Origin: the human T2T-CHM13v2.0 reference genome, Homo sapiens
Assembly: GCF_009914755.1 (NCBI RefSeq)
Contig: NC_060947.1
Length of the DNA stretch: 64,000 nucleotides
Reading direction: 5' to 3' (one strand)
Made by a program: the position numbers and the translations under genes. The stretch's first letter is position 1; each line of letters opens with the position of its first letter. Below the pieces are notes generated by a model that searched no databases, was not told where the DNA came from, and worked only from the letters and a program-made list of their open reading frames with translations. Of the stretch, positions 45,144 to 58,520 are shown in pieces.

Positions 45144-45430
45144 CAGAGGGGTGGTAAGAACATTTAATAGCTCCTCTGTTAGCAAATTTCAAGTATATGT
45201 TATTCACTATAGTCACTATGCTATAGATTGAATCTTCAGAACTGCATCATTCTGCATTACTGAAACTTCACGTCGTTTCAGGAATACCTCCTCATTGCCG
45301 CCTGTTTTTCTAGACAGGCTACTATAGAACCTACAAATAATAATTTTATTTTTACTAGCTCACTAGCATTCAATAGCCCTTGCCCACAGAGCCTGGTAAC
45401 CACCATTCCACCCTCTGCTTCTAGGAGTTG
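44320..45430 (-). mobile_element. L1MA/MB 3' end, split by an LTR and a (GT)n tract (45090-45142)
   Basis: 'ttttattgaggtataa..cattgtgaaatgattacca', 'agcaaatttcaagtata', 'cctggtaaccaccattc'. Confidence 0.8.
44447..45069 (+). mobile_element. Solo ERV1 LTR, LTR9-like
   Basis: tgatacaggag...gccgcatca termini; perfect TSD ctac at 44443-44446 and 45070-45073. Confidence 0.85.
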
Positions 45431-47500
45431 GAAATAATCTGTCTTGACTACATAGCAGCCTACAGAACATGCAAAGACAATCACAATAGTCTACAGAATG
45501 GACAATTTACAGGTAATTTTGTAGACGTTTACACATGATCTGTGCTTCTCAGTCTTAGGAAAAGTCTTCATAAAAAAAAATGACCTTGGATCTGGGTCCC
45601 AAACTAGGCAAAACAATGTGTTCGTGGTTCGGATACCCCTTTGAAAAATCAGCAGAAATAGATAACACTGTAATTAATTATCTGTAAATGTATCCACAAT
45701 ACTATCTTCACAAGTTTATGAACTGTGAACAGTTTGTGTTTTGGACAATAATTTACTAAAGGGTAGTCTCTGCATGTCTCAGGAATTTCTTATTTTTTAG
45801 TTTGTAAACTTTCAAATTAAATAAATATTTTCTGGTATAAGGCTAACCGATCCATTCTGCGATCAAGCTCCCAGTGACATGAGCTGTCTGCTCTAACAAA
45901 CCAAAGACATTTAATTACAAAACACTCCATTGAAAAGTGTTCCACTGTCTATTAGCACGTTTCCTTTCAGCTTTACTTTATTTTTCCCCAACCATTAACT
46001 GCTTGTCCAGTTAAAGAGCAAGCAGGATTCTGTCAAAGTTCATCTCCCACAATTTAGCTCCTTCTGCTACATGTTATTTAAGTAAGTGGCCTCCGGAGAA
46101 CGCAATTCAACGGTTGAATTAATAAAAACTCCACAACTCTATAATCCTTTGAGCACCAATACAGAAGACAGAGCCCTTAGATGTCTAGAATCAAAGAACC
46201 TGAAAAGGCTTATTTTTTCTTTCTTTCTTTTTTTTTTTTTTTGTAATTTGTTATCTCGACAGTGAACAATCTCTTTTAAGGGTTCAATTAAAGAAAAAAC
46301 CAAGCAACGAAGAAATAAAAAGAGAAAACTAGATATCTGATATTTCAAATGTTAGTATTTTGCTTTTTCTTTTTTTCTGGAGTCTAATTTTTAATGACCT
46401 CTTGGTATTAAAATCATTCAAAAATATAATTATTTTTCAAGATTGGAAATAAGAAAGAGAACTTCTTTACGTGTTGAAAACTTCTGTTACTTTCAATTAC
46501 TTCTATTACTTTCAATGGCAAATCCTCAACTACTTTTGCACCAACCTAATACACTGAAACATATTAAGATTGCTTTCATAGATCTTCCTCTTTGTCTTTC
46601 TCCCTCTCTCAAAAGAAGGGTGTGTCTCATATCAATTTTTACTTTCTAAAAAGTCAAAATTGTCTTTCCAATTTAGTATTTAATTTCCTCTTGAATTTTC
46701 TTTTATTATGTAATAAACCTGGGCAATAGATATCTTCAGTTTACAGGTGAGATAAAGGAAGTTCATAGATTTCTAGCTAATTGCCAGCTCCAGGTATCTA
46801 CTAAGTATTCATGTCAATTTCTGAGTTGAAATCTACCCATTTTCAAAGATCATAATTTCCAGTAAAACACCAGGGTCTGAATAAACCTATCATCCTGGAG
46901 TAAAAAAGGAAGTGTACTGGGAAAGTAGCTTTTAGATGATGTTGGAATATTTCCTTATTAAATGATTAAGTGAATACTTACTCTTCTATTTAAATATTTT
47001 CCATTTTTTTCAAATTTATTTAAGTAAAATACTGTGAAAATGTTAGAATAACTTCCTCCAATATGTCTGTATGTCATGAGTACACGGAAAAAATTAAAAG
47101 AATAAAGTATATATGGCTGTGGGTTTGTATGTCTGTCTTTGTGTACATATATATGCAATTAATTATATTACATATGCAATATTTTATAAGATACATTTCT
47201 GTCCAAAAGATACAGATTTTTTATTGCTAAACAATGAAGAATTACATTATATATCATTTTATATAGTTTTATGTACTAAAACTGTGAAAAAAATTAGCAT
47301 TTAAGGTATTTTTTCTTTTTACCATTATTTAAATGTTCATCAAGATTTTTTAAATTAATTACTCTTATGTACAGTCATTACAAAAACATATACTGCTCAA
47401 ACCCTATTTTTAAAGAGAGTTGCATAATCATATGGTTTCTGTGTAAATGTATGATTGTTCTTACATGCATTTCTATAATTTTAAGTAACTTAAAATATCT

Positions 47501-47633
47501 GGCCAGGTGCAGTGGCTTACGCCTGCAATTTCACCACTTCGGGAGGCCAAGGCAGGCAGATTGCTTGAGCCCAGGAGTTCGAGACCAGCCTTGGGCAACA
47601 TAGCAAGACCCTAGCTCTATCATTAAAAAAAAA
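47501..47633 (+). mobile_element. FLAM/Alu left monomer
   Basis: ggccaggtgcagtggcttacgcc... plus poly-A. Confidence 0.85.
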
Positions 47634-47747
47634 ATTAGAATCATTCAGATATATATACATATCCTATAATAGAATGAAGTTGCATATGGTTGGGTTTAAA
47701 AATCTTTTGATTTACTCATCAAGATAATTATATAAACAAACATTGTT

Positions 47748-47748
47748 C

Positions 47749-47790
<42 letters not shown>
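47748..47790. repeat. (TA)n microsatellite
   Basis: Direct reading. Confidence 0.95.
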
Positions 47791-47791
<1 letters not shown>

Positions 47792-49110
47792 TAGTTCAAG
47801 AAAAAAAAACATGTCTTTGAATGCAAAAGTATTTATTTCCTGGAAACAAAATCATAACATTGTGTTATAAATGCCCACTAATATCACCCATTTAGAAGAA
47901 GTTGTCATTTCTCATGGAAAATTCTTGATTTAAAATTAAGAGATCCTATTTATAAAGCAGCTATAGACCCTGTCTTATTTATAGACTATTGTAGCAGAAA
48001 TTATTTTTACACATTTTATGGATCATTACTCTTATAGCATTAATGTAACATTTTAAGTTGATTTTTCCTTTCTTTTCTTTTTGATTATAGACTAATATGT
48101 ACCTTTTTGACAAAAACATAAAACTCAGGCAAGCATAAAGTAAAAAATAAAATTATTTCCCTATTCTAAAGCTCTCAACTACCTGTAAAAGGTTTAATTG
48201 TTTTTCTTCTCGCTGCAAGTACAGATTGGATTGCAATGGATTTCATAGATGTGCATATTAAGAGTTAGTAAAAGACATGTAAATTAAGATTTCTACAGGT
48301 ATTTATAGACAAAGATTTAACAATGCCATTCTTACTCATGAACACTCACATACAATTGAGACACACTCAAAGATAAGTAATGATAAGTCATTTATGTATT
48401 TATGTTTTTAAGTAAGTGATTTATGTATTTATGTTTTAAGTAAAGTTTAATGTTGTAAACTTTCTATTTAAGAAACATCTCAATGGCCATCGTCATCATG
48501 TTGAGAGTTCTAACAGATTAGAAAGTGAAACACTGAAATTTGAGAGTTTGTCAAGGTTGTCAATGACTGAGAGGATAAATGGCATATTAACAAATTTCGG
48601 TCTTAAATAGATCTTGAGTTGATTGATAAGCCAAGAAACATATAAGATTATAAAGTAACATTTTCCAATAATCTTAACATAAATAGATCAAGTTAACATG
48701 AAAATATTTTTAAAACATAGCATCATAAGCCAGGCTTCACATTTTCCTTGAAGAAATGTTAACTGCCCTCGGGACATTTATATGCACACATTAGATATGG
48801 TTTGAATAATTTCAGAAAATATTTTAATGGCATGTCCTTTAATAACCTCAGGAGGTACTTTCTTGAAAAGAACATGTAGTTAATATCTTTGAGCACCTAG
48901 ATTTTTGTGTGTGTGTGGCTTAAAAGTTCTTGGGAACCAAAGTTATCTCAAGCAACCAAAATTAGATATTCAGTAACATTCTAAGATTATTTGTTTCTCA
49001 GTGACCAAGAAGTAGAAAATTTGGTATGTCTCATCATTAATGGGAAGACTGGTGAAAACAAAATTTGATTCAAGGAGATAAGTTATTTCAGCAGGGGTCG
49101 GCAGTAGGGG

Positions 49111-49413
49111 AGAACAGAGTCTCACTCTGTTGCCCAGACTAGAGTGCAGTGGTGCAATCATGGCTCACTGCAGCCTCCAATTCTTGGACTCAGGTGATGA
49201 ACTATTCATCACAGCCTCCCAAGTAGCTGGGACAACAGGCATGTGCCACCTTACCCGGCTAATTTTGCTTTGGTATGTTTCTGTTTTTGTTTTTGTAGAG
49301 ACAGGGTCGCACTATGTTGCCCAGGCTAATCTCAAACTCCTGGCCTCAAGTGATCCTTCTGCATGGGCCTCCCAAAGTGCTGGGATTACTGGTGTGAGCC
49401 ACTGTGCCTGGCC
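49111..49413 (-). mobile_element. AluJ
   Basis: Reverse dimer; TSD gattca(a/t)ggagataagt at 49067-49083 and 49415-49431. Confidence 0.9.
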
Positions 49414-50435
49414 CGATTCATGGAGATAAGTCCTTTAGAAGTGTAATGGCATTCTTGATCCACCTGATGTACATCATAGATTTATTAGAAGGTCTTATTA
49501 GACTTTTCTAAATGGGAAAATGTTAAATTTCCCCCAGTTCAGCTATTTTGATTCCACATTTGACACATAAGACAAAAATATAGATTGGTTTCATATTTGG
49601 GTGTACAGGAAAGCTTATAGATTTAAGATGGGAGCACATTTAGAAATTTGGCTCCAAAATGTGCTTACATCCTATGTCTACATTCTTTCTTTTTTAATCC
49701 CCCACAACATTGTACTCCATATTTTTTTGTGAATAATTATCTATTTGTTGTGTATACAAGATGTGTCACATACAGTAGATATAAAATGGGAGATATTCAT
49801 AATGAAAGGAAAATATCTTTTGATAGTTCTACACAAAGAAATAGATATTTAAGAAATGTGTTTCTGAAGAAAAATACATTGTTAATATTTATAGAGACAT
49901 CAATTCATGCAGATTCCTAAGTTTGATTAACTTCATATCAATAAGCAAGCAGGGAGATGGTGATGTGTGAAATTAGGAGATAAGTCACTTATATTTGCTA
50001 TACCAGGATGATTTTTCTTTGATTAGACTAATTTCAGGTATAGAAGTTCAGCTTCATCAGAGGAAGTATGCATGTTTAGTAGTCTTCAATAAAAATCTAA
50101 ATTTATCTTTACAAAGCAAGTATAATGTAAGTGGTCTGTAGTTCATCAATTCTGGCCTTGATTAGTACAAATTAGATAATTCATATTACATATATTTGGC
50201 TTTTTTCTTAGTAGCATACTGTAAAAGTGGTACTTAGCACTGGTTCCTCTTTTTGCTAATTATGGAATATTGGACATGCTCTGCCTCTACAAAAAAGCAT
50301 TAATTCTTGAGGACAAGATCACGTTCATTCCAGCTTAATGCCCTGCATGTCAGAGAATATGGTTAAACATGAATATCCTGCCTCTTAATTGTCTTTCCTG
50401 TCTACCTAGATGAAGAATACTGTAAACATTGTTTC

Positions 50436-50570
50436 TTTTTTTATTTTTTGCAGAGACAGGTTCTTGCTATGTTGGCCAAGCTAGTCGTGAACTCCTGGCC
50501 TCAAGTGATGCTCCCTCCTGAGCCTCCCAAAGTGCTGGGATTACAGGTGTGATCCACAGTGTGCCTGGCC
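50436..50570 (-). mobile_element. FLAM monomer
   Basis: TSD aaacattgtttc/aaatattgtttc. Confidence 0.85.
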
Positions 50571-50827
50571 AGAAAATATTGTTTCAATGCTTGACACTAA
50601 AGCAAATAGGTGTGGTCCTTGTTAAGAGGAAATATTTGAGAGTCAGAGCAGTGCATATACAGAGAAGGGTTCCCAGAGCAGGCGTGAAACACAATCTTGG
50701 AAAGAGGAAATGCACACGTTCCACAACCACCTACAGAACATTCTTGCTCCTAATGTGGCTGTCTGTGTCATTTTGCCCCTCGTGGATCCTTATATATCCA
50801 GTGCCTTTGAGGTTTTTTAAAATGCTA

Positions 50828-52046
50828 TTTTATTTTAAATAAATTTCATTGTGTATATTGAAGGTTTACATCATGATGCTATGAGATAGTAAGATGGTTA
50901 CTATAGTGAAGAAAACTAACATACCTATCATTAAGATGTTACTGTCACACAGTTAAAGGTTAGTGACAAGATGAGCTAAAATCTACTTATTTAACAAAAT
51001 CTCTAATAAAGTGCAATTTATTAACTGTAGACCTCGTGATGTACATTACATTTTTAGACTTGTTAATTCTACATATCTGATTCTTGGTATCCTTTGAGCT
51101 ACATCTCCACAGCCCTGCCCCTGATAACCACTGTTTTATTCTCTATTTCTGTATATTTGACCATTTTTTTGTTTCATTGTTTGTTTTAGATTATACATAG
51201 GAGTGAGAAAATGCAATATTTTCTTTCTGCATCTGGCTCATTTCCCTTAGCATATGGTCCTCTAGGTCCATTCATGCTGTTTCAAATGGAAAGATTGCCT
51301 TCTTTTTAATGCTGAATTGATAGATACATAGATAGATATAGACAGATGGATGAGAAACATAGATAGACAGATGAAAGATAGATAGACAGACAGGTAGATA
51401 GAAAGATTAGATACACAGATAGATAGCATAGATTAAACAGGTAGATAGATATAGATAAATAGGTAGATAGCAGACAGAAAAATAGGTAGATAGATACATA
51501 GATTAGACAGGTAAATTAGATAGGTTGATAGATATGATAAATATTATAGATATGATAGGTAGATAGGTAGGTGGGTAAATAGAAGTAGATAAGATAGGTA
51601 GGTAGATAAATGATAGATACATACATACATAGATAGGTACATAGATGATAGATAGATAAAGTATATGGATAAATAAATAGATGATAGATAATAGAGAGAT
51701 GATAGATAGATAGGTAAGTACATAGGTAGATACCAACTTTTCTTCAAGCATGCATCCATTGATGGACACTTAGGTTGGTTCCAGATCTTGGCTCTTGTGA
51801 ATAGTGCTGCAACGAACATGGGAATGCAGATATCTTTACAAGATGGTGATTTAATCTCTTTTGGGTATATACCCAGAATATGGATTGTTGGATCATATGG
51901 TAGTTCTATTTTTAATTTCTTTAGCAACCTGCATACTGTTTTCCAGAATGGCTGCACCAATCTACATTCTTGCCAAAAGGGTGCAGGTGCTCCCTTTCCT
52001 CCATATCAACATCAACATTTGTCATCTCTCGTCTTTTTGATAGTAA
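50828..52046 (-). mobile_element. L1MA 3' end split by a GATA array
   Basis: ORF 51544-51960 starts with an L1 ORF2 C-terminal remnant ([41 protein letters not shown]). Confidence 0.9.
51319..51733 (+). repeat. Complex (GATA)n array
   Basis: Direct reading. Confidence 0.95.
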
Positions 52047-52211
52047 CAATCGTTTTGCAGAGATGTGCCATTATGCAATCCAAAAATGCACATAAGGATA
52101 TTAGCGTCAGCATTTCGGGAGCTGGTACCATGCCAGGTAAAAATAAGGGTCACAGTGCAAGACTTTCCAAAGAGTTCTCCACACAACCTGCACTCAGAAT
52201 GTGCAGCATTG

Positions 52212-52436
52212 AGCTGGGCAACATAGTGAGGCCCTGTCTCTACAAAAAAATAAAAAATATATATAGCCTGGTGTGATGGCACGTGCCTGTAGTCCCCAGC
52301 TACTATAGAGTCTGAGGCAGGAGGATTGCTTGATCCCAGGAGGTCGAGGCTGCAGTAAGCTGTTATTACGCCACTGCACTCCAACCTGGGCAGCAGGATG
52401 AGACCGTGTCTCAAAACAAAATAAAACAAAACAAAA
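52212..52436 (+). mobile_element. 5'-truncated AluJ
   Basis: TSD agaatgtgcagcat/agaacgtgcagcat. Confidence 0.88.
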
Positions 52437-53190
52437 AGAACGTGCAGCATGCAGGAAAAAAATAAAGGTCTTATTGAAATATTTGCTGAGAAAATCTTAC
52501 ACATCCTATCCAATCCATGAAGAGTTCTTATGTTTACCAGGACAACTCTGGAAGCTCGAGAGTCAATAAACATGTCATAGCTTGAACTAATGCTTCCCAG
52601 ACCTATTTAGTTAAAAAATGCTGATCTTTTCTTGTCATTTCTAGTAACATCTATGAAGACCTGAAAACATTTTCAGAACCATTTATATTGCATTTATTAA
52701 ACTTACAATTTAAGTCAATTAGGTTCAAATGAGATTAAAGCTGGTGAATTTTCTTTCTTCCCAATCCAATTTAAACAACATATGTCTGGAATCTTTCTCT
52801 CAAATGTCATTAAACTGTAAATTATTTTACAACTTCTCACCAGTGAGTAAGTGAAAATATGAGTCCTGGAATTTGTATGATGTGCACATTTGGATGAATA
52901 CTAATTTTTGAAATGTAGATGAAGTATTAAGATGAAACAATGAACACCTTTATATTTAGTATATCTACACTAATTTGTGTGCATATATCTGTGAAAGTAT
53001 TATATATACTTCATATAATACAGAAAATAATTACTAGTAAATTCGTAAGTTGCCTTATTTCCTTACAGTCCTACTTTGACATCTCATTTCAATGTTCTTT
53101 TTAATCTTCTGTTTTTACAATGAAGGACCCAGTGTCTTAAAATATAGTAGGAAAACTGGAAATTCCAAAAGATTTTTTAATCATTGTTAG

Positions 53191-54216
<1,026 letters not shown>

Positions 54217-54308
54217 TGTGGGTATAAAGAATTATATGAAAATGAAACACATTTTAAAATCATAAAGTTATTTACACCAAGCTGGTCTTAGGGTTCCCTG
54301 GGAAATAG

Positions 54309-54653
<345 letters not shown>

Positions 54654-55050
54654 AGGAGAATGCTCTTAAACAACCCTCACAGGCATTGAATTGAAAGGCG
54701 GAGACCTGGGGAGTAGGAAAGCATCATTCCGTGTAGGTGCAGCAGGGGTCTCCGCTGGGAGTACTAAAGTGTCTCCTGCAACTCTTTAAACCTGGAAAAA
54801 ATTCCTAAACTGTGGGTGACACCTGTCATCAAACATCATGAGTGGTAGATACAAAGTATGTCAGATTAGTATCTTCTATCCTTCTTCAAAGATATTCCTC
54901 ATTGCACTCAAGTTAACAGAAATAGTTCTATGACCACAGTGGTCTCTAGATAAGATCACTGGTGTTTTGAAACAGCACCTCGTCACCAAGTCATTGATTC
55001 ACTTAAGCAGACTTGAGAGGAGATACTGCACTTCCTTTCTCCTTGGCATC

Positions 55051-55415
55051 TGATATGGTTTGGCTCTGTGTCCTCACCCAAATCTCATTTTGTAGCTCTC
55101 ATAATTCCCATGTGTTGTGGTAGGGACATGGTGGGAGATGATTGAATTATGAGGGAGGGTCTTTCCCGTGCTGTTCTTGTGATAGTGAGTGGGTCTCATG
55201 AGATCTGATAGTTTTAAAAACGGCAGTTGCCCTGCACAAGTTCTTTTTGCCTGCTGCTATCCATGTAAGATGTGGCTTGCTCCTCCTTGCCTTCCATCAT
55301 GATTGTAAGTCATCCCCAGCCATGTGAAACTCTAAGTCCAATTAAACCCCTTTCTTTTGTAAATTGCCCAGTCTTGGGTATGCCTTTATCAAAAGCATGA
55401 CAAGGCACTAATACA
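55051..55415 (+). mobile_element. THE1 solo LTR
   Basis: tgatatggtttgg...ctaataca; perfect TSD gcatc. Confidence 0.93.
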
Positions 55416-55434
55416 GCATCTCTAGTACTGCCTC

Positions 55435-56365
55435 CATGGAAATCAGTATGGGGTTTCTCCAAACACTAACAATAGCACTACCATATCATCCAACAATCCC
55501 ACTGCTGGGTATTTATCCAACAGAAAGGAAGTCAATATATGAAAGGGATACCAGCACCCCCATGTTTGGGGTGCAACACATATCAAACACAGTGATGTAT
55601 GAAATATTGTTTTCATTGATACTACTGATCTCAATATAAAAATGTGGTTATGATAATCACATGTTATAATACAGGTGAGAAATTGGGAAAAGACTCATAG
55701 CATTTAGAAACTATGGATATTCATTAATTATATGCACTAATTAGCCAGATTGAGAAATGATGGTTAATCTACTCATACTCATATTGCAGCACTGTTCCCA
55801 ATAGCCAAGATGTGAAATCAACCTAAGTGTCTATCAAAGGATGAATGGATAAAGAAAATGTAGTATATATACACAGTGAATTACTATTCCACCTTTAAAA
55901 AAAAAGGAGGAAATTCTGTCATTTGCAACAACATGGATGGAACTGGAGGACATTATGTTAAGTAAAATAAGCATTCTACATGTTCTCACTCGTATGTGGA
56001 AGCTACAGAAGTGGATCTCATGGAGGTGGAGAATAGAATGGTGGTCACCAGTGGCTGAAAAGAGTAGTGAGAGATGGGAGAAAAAAGGGATGGTTTATAG
56101 GTACTAAAATACAGTTTGATAGAAGGAATGAGATTTGGTGCATCATAGCACAATAGGATGAATATAGTTTATGATTTATTGTATATTTCAAAATAGAAGA
56201 GTATATTTGAAACCTTCCTAACACAAAGTAGTGATAAACGTTTGAGGTAACTGATATCCCAATTACCCAGATTTGAACATTACACCTTGTATGCCTGTAT
56301 TAAATATCACAAGTACCCCATAAATATGTACAACTATGATGTATCCATTAAAAATGTTTTAAAAA
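55435..56365 (+). mobile_element. L1MA 3' end carrying a ~210-bp non-L1 insert
   Basis: 'caatcccactgctgggtatttatcc..cccatgttt' [insert] 'attgcagcactgttcccaatagccaagat..aacctaagtgtc' continuing to 'gtaccccataaatatgtaca'. Confidence 0.9.
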
Positions 56366-57012
56366 GAAAGTTATATCTGCTCTGTTCCACACTATGAGTT
56401 TTGTCTGACATGTGTAAATTCAATGTTTTTACATACACATCTGACTCTAAAATACATATGCCCCACAGACATTTTAATAATAAACTTATATATATTTGTA
56501 TATTTCTCTCTCATTAAATTTTGTACGTAAATAATAGTTACATTTTGTAGCCATTTGGAGTTTTCACTTGTATTTTTCCAGGCATTTTGATCAGAATTTG
56601 GGGGAAGACATATCACACACAGTGATGTGTGAAATATTATTTTCATTGATATTGCCCATCTCAATATAAAAATGTGGTTATGATAATCAGGTGTTATAAT
56701 ACAGGGGAGGGATTGTGACAACCTCATAGCATTTAGAAACTAAGGATGTTAGTTAATTATATGCACTAATTAGCCAGATTGAGAAATAATGGTTAATTTA
56801 TTCATACCAGCCTTTGGAAACACGAATTAGAAGAGATGGAAAGTATGAAGACAGTTAATACAATTCATTGGCCTTTAGTATCCAAAAGCCTCATGTGTGG
56901 AACACCTGCTAAAGAGTATGGCTTGTCGACTTACAGCATAGTGTTATTTCATCGCTGGAGGTAGAGATCACCAAGGGAAGGTATTTCTTCCTAAACAGTT
57001 CTTAACCAAACC

Positions 57013-57210
57013 ATAGATAGATAGGTAGACAGATAGGTAGATAATAGGTAGTTGATAGATGAATAGATATAGAGAGATGATAGATAGTAGATAGAAAGAT
57101 GGTGGGTAGATGATAGATGGACAGATAAATATAGTTAGATGATAGACATAGATAGATGATACATAGATACAGATAGATGACAGATGGATAGTAGATAATG
57201 ATAGATAGAT

Positions 57211-57253
<43 letters not shown>
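57013..57253 (+). repeat. (GATA)n array
   Basis: Pure run near 57211-57253. Confidence 0.95.
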
Positions 57254-57419
57254 GCTGATAATAGAACAGAGCCTATAAGAAACAGAGCTAGGCTTCAGAA
57301 AAAAAATATTGCCCCTAAAGTATGCAGTGAATGAGTAGGGGATTGAGAAACAAATTCATTGAGAAGAGTAACTTTGTATTATTATTTTCCATGAATCACT
57401 TTTAAGAAAAAGATACACA

Positions 57420-57589
57420 TAGGCTAAACTCTTTTTTTGGCAGCCAAAGATTATTTATTCTCTATTTTTTTTTTCAGTACTTAGATTACCACGTGATGAG
57501 AAGGATATAAGTAGGCTAAACTCTTTTTCAGGCAGCCAGTGATTTTTTTTTCAGTATTTAGATTACCATATGATGAGAAGGACAGATAA
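57420..57589 (+). repeat. Two-copy tandem duplication (~92 and ~78 bp)
   Basis: taggctaaactcttttt..ggcagcca..ttcagta.ttagattacca..tgatgagaagga at 57420 and 57512. Confidence 0.9.
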
Positions 57590-58006
57590 TCAGACTCATT
57601 GCCACTCAATTGTGGAAAAGTTCACATGTTGTGCTACGTATTATATACATGAATTTGCAATGAAGCTGAAGACATAAGTATAGAATGTTGTTGGTGTCTG
57701 AATGGACAGTAAGTCATAGGTGGTGGCATATTAACCAGTCAGATAGTTGTCAAAGCTAATGGTTTGCAAACACTGACTTGTAGAGATTCCTGAAAATTCC
57801 AGCATAATAAAAGAAATGCTATGAAATCTGTGAAAATGTTTAAAATGTAAGAAAGAGAACCAATCTATACAAAGATAAACGGGAAATGTACTCCTGTTAA
57901 AAAGACTTAGAAATGGAAATGGAAGAAACCTTAGATGGTTTTGAGTGACCAAAACAGAGAAAAGATAGACTTAGTGAAGCGAGAGAGAGAGAGAGAAGGG
58001 AGTGCA

Positions 58007-58520
58007 GGGCAGGGCACCATGGCTCATGCTTGTATCCCAGCATTTTGGGAAGCCGAGGCAGGAGAATCACTAGGGTTCAGGAGTTGGGGACCAGCCTGGG
58101 CAACATAGCAAGACCTTGTCTCTACTGAAAATTTTAATAATTAGCCAAGTGTGGTGGTAGACACCTACAGTCCCACCCAAGGGGAGACTGAGGCAGGAGG
58201 ATCATTTGAGCCTAGGAGGTAGAGGGTGCAGAGTGAGCCGTGATCACACCACTGTACTCCAGACTGAGCAACAGGGCAAGACTCTGTCTCAAAAAAAGGA
58301 GGGGTAGAGAGAAGGAGGAGGGAAGGAAGGAGAACAATGAGAGAGAGAAAAAGGAAGGGAGGAAAGAAGAAATGAGAGAAGCAAGAGAGGGAGGGGAGAA
58401 AGGAAGGAGAACAAAGAAAGGGAAGGATAAAGAGGAAGGAAGGAAGGAGGGAGGGAGAGAGGGAAAGAGGGAGGGAGGGAGGGAATGAAAGAAGGAAACA
58501 AGGAAGGAAAGGAGAGAGAG
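58007..58520 (+). mobile_element. AluJ (58007-58297) followed by a purine-rich GGAA/GAGG tract
   Basis: Alu dimer whose tail runs into a ~220-bp GA-rich repeat. Confidence 0.88.

Noticed and set aside
51544-52573. Longest ORFs (138-183 aa) as genes
   Set aside because: They are composites of L1 ORF2 remnant, GATA repeat and Alu sequence
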